DNA of 64,000 nt from an uncultured Candidatus Saccharibacteria bacterium. Lineage in GTDB: Bacteria; Patescibacteriota; Dojkabacteria; J137. Shown here in pieces: positions 40,984 through 50,520 of the stretch. The notes beneath the pieces were generated by a model. The model saw nothing but the letters and a program-made list of their open reading frames with translations. It searched no databases and was not told the origin of the DNA. Location: contig OZ246402.1 of assembly GCA_965230975.1 (NCBI GenBank), positions 928,859 to 992,858 on the forward strand, read 5' to 3'. The stretch's first letter is position 1, and each line of letters opens with the position of its first letter. The translations under genes and the position numbers were made by a program.

Positions 40984-41100
40984 TTACATATTGGTATCTG
41001 TAGAATCGTCTAAGGTTTCATCTGCTGAATTTTGTAATTCATTACTATTTCTTACAACTTCTCTAACTTCTACCGCTCCATTTTGAGCAAATATCTCTAG
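40984..41100 (-). pseudogene. orphaned 3' end of a lost gene
   Basis: start-less frame LEIFAQNGAVEVREVVRNSNELQNSADETLDDSTDTNM* ending just before the shared hairpin. Confidence 0.45.
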
Positions 41101-41303
41101 AGGGGTTGAACTTAAGTTTCAGTATCTTACGACTTAAAACTTAAATTACAACTTTGTAAGAATAAAATCAGAAAATGAATTTGCATCAGCAATTTCGGTA
41201 AAAAATATGTAAATGTCAAAATTGAGCCTAATTTAGACATCATCTGTCAAACTTCAACCATTAATACGCTGGATAATCCCTGCATACTTATTAAATTAGA
41301 AAT

Positions 41304-43034
41304 ATGAACAGTCATAATTTTAATCAACCGAATCATAACGATGAGATTGAATATGCATCTTCGGTTGCTAACGATTTAGAAATGATGTATGCATGTCCAA
41401 ACTGTGGAAAAGTTGCTACTTTTAAAGATCATGCTTCCACTCAATGTTCGGCATGTGGCAGTGAAACTTTACCGCAAGATATTGCAAGATGTGAGATTAA
41501 TGCTAATAGCAGTTACTTTACTCATGTTTTAAATTATTCTGATATTGTTAAACAAAATGCAGATTTTGCTTTCTTAAGTAATAGAACATTAGATCTTTCA
41601 ATTTTAAGCACCTATACATTCGGTTATAAAACTCATTGGCTAAGATATCATTCTACAGTAACCGATGAAGTTGTTGAATTTACTGCTCAAAATATAGCCA
41701 CACAACTCGAAGAACAAAGAAAGATAGCAAATGCAATATTAAGTATTCCCAATAATTATTGGTTTGTTAGCGGTAATAATGAATCAACTCGAGGTACAGT
41801 TTTCTTTTCACACCCAAACGGTAGTTTTACAGCTTTAAGTTTAATGAAAAGCAGATCTTATAGGGAAGAGTGGTACACAGTAGATATAAGAAGATTTGAT
41901 AAGGCTCCATCTTCACTTAATGAGTTAACTGCAATATTCTCGGCATTTACTTTAAGTAAAAGTAACCTAGTTTCATCTGGACACGAAACTCACCTAGCAG
42001 AACACAAGACAGAACCAATATATCATTTAAGAAAACCAGAATATGCAACTCTTTTAAAAGATTTAGATAATCAGCAATTTGCGGTTTATAACTTATTAAC
42101 TCAAAAACATACAGCGATAGTTAGTGAAAGAGCAGGCGTACCTATCTTAAGAGATACACCAAAAGTAGATAGAGATACTCAAATAGAGATTAATAAAAAG
42201 CTTTATATTGATGACAAACTTAGTAAAGGCGTAGCTGTAGCTTGTGCAAGTTGCGGGAGCCCTATTAGTGGATACAAAGATCAGGTTTCTTTTTTAAGAT
42301 GTCCAAGATGTTCTTATATTACAGACTTGGTTGGGAGTGGCAGATTATCTAGGGAACTTTTAGATGCTAGAAAACCGTCCGAGACTTTTGTTCCTGCAGA
42401 TTACTTTTTACAACTTTTAACTAGTGCAGAACTAAGTGGTGGGCCAAAAGCTTCAAGAATTTTAGAATTACTAACTAGTAAAGCCCAATACTTGTCACAA
42501 GAAGAACAGCTAGAATTTGTAAATGCTATATCGTGGATTGCTGTAAAACACCCTTACTTAATGAGCTACTATAGGTACAAAACTAGATATGAAGATTATC
42601 CTAGCCATAATGGTGGTGTTTTCAATATAAATTTTCCTGATTCTTATGTTGTAGATAATGGGAATGTAATGGGTGGAAACCAATATTTAACTTTTAATGT
42701 TCCTACAGATTTACAAGGGAAGATACTTTCTATAACTTTTGGAGATTTTGATGATGGAGGACAAAAAGAACCAAATGAGTATTGGTGTAGAGTTAAATGT
42801 TCTTTATTTGATTCTTTTGATTTTGATTCTAGATTTGCAGCAAATGTAAATAGCTGGGGTCATCAACATGTTTATGGAGATGAAAGATATAAGAAAACAC
42901 ATTGGGCTGAGCACTTTGATAAGCCTATTCATTCTGGTTTTAACAAACCTACAGAAGGTCCTATATACAATCGAATAAGAATAGCTATGCAAAAAATGCC
43001 ACCTAAGAATTTCTTTCTTAATTCAAATAGTTAA
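41304..43034 (+). CDS. hypothetical protein with two Zn-ribbon motifs
   Basis: CPNC..CSAC and CASC..CPRC; 576 aa. Confidence 0.75.
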   Translation: MNSHNFNQPNHNDEIEYASSVANDLEMMYACPNCGKVATFKDHASTQCSACGSETLPQDIARCEINANSSYFTHVLNYSDIVKQNADFAFLSNRTLDLSILSTYTFGYKTHWLRYHSTVTDEVVEFTAQNIATQLEEQRKIANAILSIPNNYWFVSGNNESTRGTVFFSHPNGSFTALSLMKSRSYREEWYTVDIRRFDKAPSSLNELTAIFSAFTLSKSNLVSSGHETHLAEHKTEPIYHLRKPEYATLLKDLDNQQFAVYNLLTQKHTAIVSERAGVPILRDTPKVDRDTQIEINKKLYIDDKLSKGVAVACASCGSPISGYKDQVSFLRCPRCSYITDLVGSGRLSRELLDARKPSETFVPADYFLQLLTSAELSGGPKASRILELLTSKAQYLSQEEQLEFVNAISWIAVKHPYLMSYYRYKTRYEDYPSHNGGVFNINFPDSYVVDNGNVMGGNQYLTFNVPTDLQGKILSITFGDFDDGGQKEPNEYWCRVKCSLFDSFDFDSRFAANVNSWGHQHVYGDERYKKTHWAEHFDKPIHSGFNKPTEGPIYNRIRIAMQKMPPKNFFLNSNS

Positions 43035-43035
43035 T

Positions 43036-43353
43036 TTATAGAGTTCTTTTAGCAGATACATCATCAATATATTTAATAAATTCTATAATTAACCAAGCCA
43101 ATAGCAAATATATTGCGATTGCTATAAGTGTAGAGAATTCAAATACAAATCTGCCATCTGCAACATATGGTTCAAAGATTCCTCTAAATGGTGAGAGAAG
43201 TGGGTTTGTAGAATTATATAAAAAGGCAACAAATGGGCTTTCTGTATTTGCTCCAAATAGTCTAAATAAAAATCTTAAAAGTAATCCTAGGGCTGCTAAT
43301 CCAAAAATAAAGTTTACTATGTAAACAAGCATTGAAGTTATGCTATATCTCAT
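43036..43353 (-). CDS. yggT: YggT family membrane protein
   Basis: LLLRFLFRLFGAN, FLYNSTNPLLSPFRGIF. Confidence 0.85.
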   Translation of the reverse strand: MRYSITSMLVYIVNFIFGLAALGLLLRFLFRLFGANTESPFVAFLYNSTNPLLSPFRGIFEPYVADGRFVFEFSTLIAIAIYLLLAWLIIEFIKYIDDVSAKRTL

Positions 43354-43469
43354 AAAGAAAATATTAAAAAAATATATTATTAAGAATTTAACTTTTAAAA
43401 ATAAATTATTAACTAAAATAGTGCATTTTTTTTGTAAATTTCGTGTGTTAAAATCCCAATATTTAATTT

Positions 43470-44297
43470 ATGCAAATGTACCAACCAGAATTGGAAACAG
43501 TAGATACTTTACTGGATAGAGTTGATGAATTAGAAAATGATAGAGGAATTTTGAACGAAGGTCATAGGATTCATAGACTATATGAAATTCGCAACAGAAT
43601 GATCTTGGCAAAGTTAAACTTACAGGAGAGAGATGAATATGAGATAGCAAACGAGCTTATGGTTCCACAAGCTCAGCTTAACTATCAAATATCTAATTCT
43701 CAAAGAATTCTTTATTATTCTCCTGAACAACTTGAGCAAATCAGGAAAGGTTTTATTGAAATCTCGGAAAATATTGTAGACCTGCTTCTCCATGGATATA
43801 CTTTGAATGACCTTGACCTCAAAAAAGCAATACAAGAGTTCATGGTTTACAGGGATGAGCTTTGGTACTTTTTATATAAAGAAGATCGAACTACAGTAGA
43901 ATATTTTGATGGGATTATCACTTTTTTTAAAGCTTTTTGTAAAACCTTTCCAAATTTATATGAATATACTTTTTTTGAGTTAGCCTCTGAGACTTCTATA
44001 GAGGTCATAGAGCTTTGGGAGGAGTTTATGGATAGAGGCATATTAGGAGGAAGTGCTCTCAGCAAAGCAACAAAGGCACTTCAGATTAGTGCTAATGAAT
44101 TAATTAAATATGTTCCAATTGAAATTTTTAATTGTATGGTAGGTGTTTGTTGCATTTTAAGTAGTTTACGACCTGGTTTGATATATGAGTACTTTGCAGA
44201 GGATCTTGACGAAGAAAGTTTTAAAGGTTTATTGTTTGCACATGTTCAAGCCCAAGCCTGTGCGTACGATGACTATATAGAAAAAGTGAGAGTATAG
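43470..44297 (+). CDS. hypothetical protein (orphan, acidic helical)
   Basis: 275-aa ORF with upstream TGtTAAAAT. Confidence 0.7.
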   Translation: MQMYQPELETVDTLLDRVDELENDRGILNEGHRIHRLYEIRNRMILAKLNLQERDEYEIANELMVPQAQLNYQISNSQRILYYSPEQLEQIRKGFIEISENIVDLLLHGYTLNDLDLKKAIQEFMVYRDELWYFLYKEDRTTVEYFDGIITFFKAFCKTFPNLYEYTFFELASETSIEVIELWEEFMDRGILGGSALSKATKALQISANELIKYVPIEIFNCMVGVCCILSSLRPGLIYEYFAEDLDEESFKGLLFAHVQAQACAYDDYIEKVRV

Positions 44298-44518
44298 TGC
44301 TAAATTTTGTAATTTTCCTTATGTTTTCAGTGCTAGTTTTAGCACTGTTTATGTAGTGACTTAAATGAAAGAGTTGTTTTCAAGTAATGACTATAGCGAT
44401 CAGTTTACTAAAAGCATAGCATTTTTTATTTTCTGCTTAGTACTTTTGAAAATCTTTAGTATAATTAGGAACTTAAGCCAATACATTAAGTTTTAACAAT
44501 TGTTAATCTTAATAACGC

Positions 44519-44607
44519 GGAGGGGTACCCAAGTGGCTGAAGGGGCGGGTTTGCTAAATCCGTAGTAGGGCTTGTCCCTAGCGCAGGTTCGAATCCTGTT
44601 CCCTCCG
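44519..44607 (+). tRNA. tRNA-Ser(GCT)
   Basis: acceptor GGAGGGG/TCCCTCC+G, anticodon loop ttGCTaa, long variable arm, GGTTCGAATCC T-arm; CCA not encoded. Confidence 0.95.
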
Positions 44608-44752
44608 TTCTCAAGTTTGGCACAAGTTAATATTGTGACAAATTTGAGCATTGATAGAAATAAGGATGAGAACAAGGTTCGTCTCTAATTTTCTTAATGA
44701 GCTACTTAAAACTATTTGGCGAATTCTAGAAAATTGAGATACCCGGATGGGT

Positions 44753-44770
44753 GAATCCTGTTCCCTCCGT
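44753..44770 (+). repeat. 18-bp direct repeat of the tRNA-Ser 3' end (att-like)
   Basis: gaatcctgttccctccgt identical to 44591-44608. Confidence 0.85.
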
Positions 44771-44926
44771 AGTTAAACCGCCTATTTTCTCTTTTATATG
44801 TGAATTAAAAATTAAATTAGCATCGAGCTAGGCCCTTAAGTGTTCCCAAACTTACCTTTCGACCCAGAGTGATATATACCCACAACATATGTTATTATTA
44901 ACTAGGAACATATTATCATAATCTTT

Positions 44927-46201
44927 ATGAACAGGGGAGGATTGGACGACTACGAGGAGCACGATTACGAAGACGATTCATTGCCAAATAGGCAAAATAA
45001 GGTAACAACCTTAGAGGAATTAGTTAATCAAGCACCAATACTTACTTCTAGAAAACTAAAAAGTTGGGCAGAAATTTATATTTTTTTAAATTCAGATCCA
45101 GATACTGACCCTCAATTGCCCAATCTGGAATTAGCATTGAAAAATCAACTGTATGAATTTGCCGACAAGATGCGAACACAAACCAGTCACCCAAACCCAG
45201 AGTGGTTTCCATTAATAGATATAATTTACAATATATACATTCTTAGGCACACATTAAAAAATATGCCTTTATGGATGGCTTCTTTTGATAGCTTTGAAAG
45301 CTTTATAGTACATTTTTTTCAAAATAATTTAACTAATAACATTAAACGTCTTTTAATTGGAGATATAAATTCCTTCATTAATATTTATGTAAAGACAAGG
45401 TGCTTGTTTGAAATTAGAGAAAACCAAGCAGATATAGAGGTTCGTGATTTTTATAATGCCAGTAACCGAAACTGGGTGGTATTACCCAACACTCAATTTA
45501 TTAGTCAACCAGGAGATTTAAATTATGTAGATGAGTCTATAATTGACGAATATATTCAAATACTAAATGATAAGCTGGAATTTGAGAGAGGGTTTATACA
45601 TGGATCTGGAAGTGCAGCACTTGAAGGTATTGCTAAAGAAAAGAAAATTTTATCTGCCAGAAAAGTTCTAAAGTCTTTTGCCGATATAAAAACAGGAGAA
45701 TGGGTTACACTAACCAGCATATATGCTGATGATCAAGAAGATTTACAAAGCAGGACACTTACAGATATATATGTTACAGCTGGCAACTCCCCGTACCTAG
45801 AATATACACTTAGGAGATGGTTTAATGAATCACCTATAGTATTTCATATCAATAAAAACAGACATCAAGAAACTCTAGTACATAAGGGTATGGATACCGA
45901 GACTTATGGTGAGAGAAAACTTCCCACTATTCACAATACTGGTGAAGGAATTATTATTGGCTCAGAAGTAGAGTTATCCGACATAGACTTTATTTATTGC
46001 GAGAAAGATTATCAGCCAGAAATGATTAAATGGTGCCAAGTTAATGCTCCACACATTAGAGTTGTCTCTATAGAAGCCAGAGAAGTAATTCATCAATATT
46101 CTGAATTTATTAATGCTTTAGCACATAATATGAAATTAACCCCTGCAGAGGTTCTTGAGTACTTAAAACAACTGTCAGCAACCAGGCAGAATCCAAATTA
46201 A
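44927..46201 (+). CDS. hypothetical protein, possible ADP-ribosyltransferase-like C-terminal domain
   Basis: FIHGSGSAALEGIAKEKKILSA...IYVT...EGIII pattern. Confidence 0.6.
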   Translation: MNRGGLDDYEEHDYEDDSLPNRQNKVTTLEELVNQAPILTSRKLKSWAEIYIFLNSDPDTDPQLPNLELALKNQLYEFADKMRTQTSHPNPEWFPLIDIIYNIYILRHTLKNMPLWMASFDSFESFIVHFFQNNLTNNIKRLLIGDINSFINIYVKTRCLFEIRENQADIEVRDFYNASNRNWVVLPNTQFISQPGDLNYVDESIIDEYIQILNDKLEFERGFIHGSGSAALEGIAKEKKILSARKVLKSFADIKTGEWVTLTSIYADDQEDLQSRTLTDIYVTAGNSPYLEYTLRRWFNESPIVFHINKNRHQETLVHKGMDTETYGERKLPTIHNTGEGIIIGSEVELSDIDFIYCEKDYQPEMIKWCQVNAPHIRVVSIEAREVIHQYSEFINALAHNMKLTPAEVLEYLKQLSATRQNPN

Positions 46202-46482
46202 ACTAACTTCTTTCCCTTCAAATTCAAAGTACTTGACTCATCTCTATGCACACCTTTTGTGCCAACATGTTTATCACCAATTTCCGCACCATTCTTAATA
46301 ATATAAACAATTGCCATTGCATGACCTCGACCCAAACCAAAATCTTTTGCCAACCACGCAATAATTTCACCGGCTTTAGTTTTAGGATTATCAAAACCCT
46401 TCTCTTTAGCTAAATCAATAAACTCTTGTGGCGTTTTACCAGTTTTTTCTTCAATATTATCTAAATAAGCTTGAAAGGACAT
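46198..46482 (-). CDS. DUF4287 family protein
   Basis: MSFQAYLDNIEEKTGKT...WLAKDFGLGRGHAMAIV. Confidence 0.85.
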   Translation of the reverse strand: MSFQAYLDNIEEKTGKTPQEFIDLAKEKGFDNPKTKAGEIIAWLAKDFGLGRGHAMAIVYIIKNGAEIGDKHVGTKGVHRDESSTLNLKGKKLV

Positions 46483-46600
46483 AAATACAAATTAAAAATT
46501 AATACACCCAACTATTATATCAATTCAATTTTACATTATAACTATTGTGCATATTAGGTTTATTCTTTAAAATTTAACCAATACTTATTATTAAATCTTA

Positions 46601-47155
46601 ATGGATAAAGCTACCCAAACAATGATTGATAATTTAAGCAAGAATACAGGAAAAACATTAGAAGAGTGGATCAAAATTGTAAAAAATAGTGGCATAGAAA
46701 AGCATAAAGAGATAATCGACTTTTTGAAAAGTGAACACAAACTAACATACGGATTTGCAAACTTTATAGCACTTAAATCTAGAGGCACAGATTCTGGCTC
46801 TGCAGAAAACCCTGAAAGCTTAGTAGATAATCAATATAAAGACAAAGAGAGTCTTTTGCCAATCTACAAAAAACTAATAGAAGAGATTAAAAAATTTGGT
46901 AGTGATGTAGAAGTTGCACCCAAAAATGCATATGTCAGTTTAAGAAGAAAAAAACAATTTGCACTAATTCAACCATCTACAAAAGATAGAGTAGACTTAG
47001 GTTTAAATATTAAAGATAAGGATTTTACTGATAGATTAGAAAAATCTGGAAGCTTTAATGCAATGTGCACTCATAGAGTAAGACTTGAAAGTGTAGAGCA
47101 GGTAGATAGCGCAGTTATAGATTGGGTTAAAGATGCATATAATCAGGCCGGTTAA
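46601..47155 (+). CDS. DUF4287 + DUF5655 domain protein
   Basis: NTGKTLEEW, HKLTYGFAN, PKNAYVSLRRKKQFA, MCTHRVRL. Confidence 0.85.
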   Translation: MDKATQTMIDNLSKNTGKTLEEWIKIVKNSGIEKHKEIIDFLKSEHKLTYGFANFIALKSRGTDSGSAENPESLVDNQYKDKESLLPIYKKLIEEIKKFGSDVEVAPKNAYVSLRRKKQFALIQPSTKDRVDLGLNIKDKDFTDRLEKSGSFNAMCTHRVRLESVEQVDSAVIDWVKDAYNQAG

Positions 47156-47169
47156 GTTAATTATTGAAT

Positions 47170-47556
47170 ATGAAAAAATATAAAACTGTTCGAGAATTTT
47201 TAGCCGACCTAGATTCTGTAAGAAAATCAGAAGTTGAATTACTTAGGGAAATTATTCTAAACCTTGGAATTCCATTACAAGAAAATATAAAGTGGAATGC
47301 TCCAAACTATGTTTACAGTGGTATAGATAGGATTACATTTAACACAATGAATAAAGATGGCACAGTAAAGTTGATTATTCATATGGGTACAGCAAAAAAG
47401 GAAGATAAGAAAGCCGCTCCAATTATGCAAAATGCACATGTAGATATTTTTTGGAATTCAAATATTAGAGGAACAATAACTTTTGATGGGGTAGAGGATA
47501 TTCAATCTAAGAAAAATAAACTCAAAGAAACATTAGTTGAATGGCTAAAGTTATGA
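47170..47556 (+). CDS. DUF1801 (YdhG-like) protein
   Basis: LREII...ENIKWNAPNY. Confidence 0.85.
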   Translation: MKKYKTVREFLADLDSVRKSEVELLREIILNLGIPLQENIKWNAPNYVYSGIDRITFNTMNKDGTVKLIIHMGTAKKEDKKAAPIMQNAHVDIFWNSNIRGTITFDGVEDIQSKKNKLKETLVEWLKL

Positions 47557-47580
47557 GTTTAATTTTGCTAAAATATTACT

Positions 47581-47889
47581 ATGTCAAATCAAAAAATTAG
47601 TAGCGGAACAGTTCATAAACTTACAAGCGATATTAAAACAGCTTTAAATTCGGATTCAAAAGCACACGAAGCGTGGGAAAAACTAACACCATTAGCTCGA
47701 AATGAGTGGATTTGTTGGGTAACCTTTGTAAAACAAGAAAAAACTAGAGAAGAGCATGTAAAAAGAATGATTTCAGAACTTAAAGAAGGTAAAAAAAGAC
47801 CATGTTGTTGGTTAGGGTGCATTCATAGAACAGATAAAGAAATTAGCCCTTCGGTTAAGGGGATACTTAGTAAAAAAAGTAAGAAATAG
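47581..47889 (+). CDS. YdeI/OmpD-associated family protein
   Basis: WEKLTPLARNEWICWV...KTR...GKKRPCCWLGC. Confidence 0.85.
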   Translation: MSNQKISSGTVHKLTSDIKTALNSDSKAHEAWEKLTPLARNEWICWVTFVKQEKTREEHVKRMISELKEGKKRPCCWLGCIHRTDKEISPSVKGILSKKSKK

Positions 47890-47951
47890 TGGATCTTACA
47901 TAAAACTTTCCATAATTGTATAATCACATTATTACTTCTTAAACCTTTTGC

Positions 47952-48551
47952 ATGATTAAAGCAGTAGTATTTGACTTAGATGGAGTTTATTTTGAAGGTG
48001 GTACTGAAAAATTTATAGAAAGCTTAATTACCAACTACTCACTTACTAAAGATCAGATTGTTGCTGTCTACTTAAAAAGCCAAGAGATGCAAAAATACAA
48101 GAGAGGTGAGATTGATAGTGATAACTTTTGGCACTATGCACTTAAGGAATGGGGAATTAATACAACTAGAGAAGAGATTGTAAAACTATTAATAGACTCT
48201 TACTCTATTAACCCGCAAACCGAAGAATTTGTAAAAGAATTAAAAGCAAAAGGAATTAAAACTGCTATTTGTACAAATAACTTTCCAGATAGATTTGAAA
48301 ATTTAAAAACAAAATTTAATTTAGATACAAACTTTGATGTAATAGTAACTTCTTATCAAGAAGGTATAACAAAACCAACTGATGAAATCTTTAAAATCTT
48401 AGCTGAAAGACTAGGATTACAACCAAACGAAATTTTAATGAGTGATGATAGAGAAGCAAACGTAGAAGCATTACAAAGACTTGGTTTTGAAGCATTCCTT
48501 TATCAAGGATTAGCTGATTTCATTGTAAGAGTTAATATATTATTAGCATGA
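47952..48551 (+). CDS. HAD family phosphatase (YihX-like)
   Basis: FDLDGV, CTNN, KP, SDDREAN. Confidence 0.9.
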   Translation: MIKAVVFDLDGVYFEGGTEKFIESLITNYSLTKDQIVAVYLKSQEMQKYKRGEIDSDNFWHYALKEWGINTTREEIVKLLIDSYSINPQTEEFVKELKAKGIKTAICTNNFPDRFENLKTKFNLDTNFDVIVTSYQEGITKPTDEIFKILAERLGLQPNEILMSDDREANVEALQRLGFEAFLYQGLADFIVRVNILLA

Positions 48552-48647
48552 ATATATGTCAGTAAAAGCTTTATTAGCAGAAGGATTACATAATGGGTTT
48601 GCAGGATCAACTCAAACAGACAAACTTAGTAAAGGAGAATTAGTCAA

Positions 48648-49436
48648 ATGCAACTAAAAAAGATTACCTTAAATACAAAAGTAGAATCAAATGTATATCC
48701 TTTTAATGTACCTTTCTTAAAAAACCTAAAGGAAATTAACTTTGAAAAACAAATAACTATATTAGTAGGGGAAAATGGCTCGGGAAAATCTACATTAATA
48801 GAAGGTTTGGCAATGGCTTGCAATTTACCGACCATTGGAGATATAGATATAAAAAGGGATAAGACACTTAGCTCTGCTAAGGACTTAGCCGAAGAAATAA
48901 CTTTAAGCTGGGGAATTAGAAATCATAGGGGGTTTTTTATGCGAGCTGAAGACTTTTTTGGATTTCAAAAACGAATTGCTCAGTCGCAAGCAGAATTAAA
49001 AGAACAGGAGGAAGAGTTTAACGTCAAATTCACAGGATATGCAAAGCTACTAGCCACTGGAGCAGCAAAAGCGCAAAGGCAAGGATTAGAAAGTAGATAC
49101 GGCGAGAATCCCGACGCCTTTTCTCATGGCGAAAGTTTTTTAAACTTGTTTATTCAAAGACTTGTACCAGAAGGCCTATATATTCTTGATGAACCAGAAG
49201 TACCCCTCTCACCACAAAGACAATTGTCTTTAATTTCTTTAATAAAAAAACAGATTGATTTGAATTCTCAATTTATTATTGCAACACATTCACCTATATT
49301 GATGGCACTACCCAACGCTGATATTCTCGAAATAAAAAATGGACAAATTAATAAAGTTAAATATTCAGACTTAGAGCACGTCTCATTAATGAGAGATTTC
49401 TTGAGTAACCCTGAAACATTTATAAGATTCTTATAA
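48648..49436 (+). CDS. predicted ABC/AAA-type ATPase
   Basis: GENGSGKST, SHGESF, ILDEPE, IATHSP. Confidence 0.9.
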   Translation: MQLKKITLNTKVESNVYPFNVPFLKNLKEINFEKQITILVGENGSGKSTLIEGLAMACNLPTIGDIDIKRDKTLSSAKDLAEEITLSWGIRNHRGFFMRAEDFFGFQKRIAQSQAELKEQEEEFNVKFTGYAKLLATGAAKAQRQGLESRYGENPDAFSHGESFLNLFIQRLVPEGLYILDEPEVPLSPQRQLSLISLIKKQIDLNSQFIIATHSPILMALPNADILEIKNGQINKVKYSDLEHVSLMRDFLSNPETFIRFL

Positions 49437-50441
49437 ATCCGTAAATATCAATAAAGCTAATAAAGTTACTGTTATTACAAACGAAACAGCACCTCCAAGC
49501 AAAAACATAGTTTTAAAAGGCTTAGTAGACAACACCTCAATATTTTCAAACTTAATATTTTCTATCTCTTTAACTAACTCCTCTTGATTATTTACACTAC
49601 TAAAATGACCTGGACTGTCAGACACAAAATGCTGAGCATAAGGAAAGCAGGCCAACTTAGAAGGAGTCTTTTTAAACAAACCCGGAAACCAAGAATTAAC
49701 TTCTAACTTCAAACTATCAAGTGGCATTTCCCAACCTTTTTCTACCTCTAACGGGTCAAACTTTAAAGAAAAAATACTAGCATCTCCACCTTCTGAAAGC
49801 TCCCTACCATAACCAATAGAAAGATTACCCTCTAACCACAATCTGTAATCCATTGGCTTAAACTTTCCAACAGTAATATCACTCTCAAAAACAATTGCTC
49901 TTGATTTATCATCCCTTGTAACATCTACAATCAAAGTTCCTCTATGTGTTGTAGATACAACAGCTTTAGTACTGTTAGGAGACTTTAAACCATACTTTTT
50001 ATCGTAACTTATTGTATTAGAATCGTAATCAACAATAATCCAACTCATTAAACCGGTTTTATCATCCTCTGCAATTATATAAAATTCTACACGTGATCCC
50101 CAAAAAGCACTTGTGTGTGCAGTAAAACAACCAAAAATACAATAATATTTTGGATCGTCATAATCAAAAATCTTAGTTTTAACTAAAGAAAAACCAGTAG
50201 GAAGAAGGTTTTTTGCCATTTCTAAATCTTCAATTTCATAACACAAAAAATACGCATATGGTTCTACAACAAAACCCATAAATGGCTTTGATTTAGATGA
50301 AGATTTAATAAACATTTCCTGAACAGCACGAGGTAAAAGCTTATTAAAGCCCTGCATAAAATGCAAAGTACCAACATCCATGGGGTTAATTAGGCGTTCT
50401 ACACCTTTGGTAAAGTTTTTTACATTATTAGTGTTAATCAT
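49431..50441 (-). CDS. hypothetical protein, acetoacetate-decarboxylase-like fold, C-terminal TM anchor
   Basis: AKNLLPTGFSL pattern; hydrophobic C-terminus. Confidence 0.65.
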   Translation of the reverse strand: MINTNNVKNFTKGVERLINPMDVGTLHFMQGFNKLLPRAVQEMFIKSSSKSKPFMGFVVEPYAYFLCYEIEDLEMAKNLLPTGFSLVKTKIFDYDDPKYYCIFGCFTAHTSAFWGSRVEFYIIAEDDKTGLMSWIIVDYDSNTISYDKKYGLKSPNSTKAVVSTTHRGTLIVDVTRDDKSRAIVFESDITVGKFKPMDYRLWLEGNLSIGYGRELSEGGDASIFSLKFDPLEVEKGWEMPLDSLKLEVNSWFPGLFKKTPSKLACFPYAQHFVSDSPGHFSSVNNQEELVKEIENIKFENIEVLSTKPFKTMFLLGGAVSFVITVTLLALLIFTDL

Positions 50442-50520
50442 AAATAGAGAAAGTTAAATTGTGAATAGAATATAGTATATACTAAAATAGAATTACGGTT
50501 AATTATTATATTAAGTATTT

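Noticed and set aside
44493-44675. 60-aa minus-strand ORF
   Set aside because: Antisense to tRNA-Ser.
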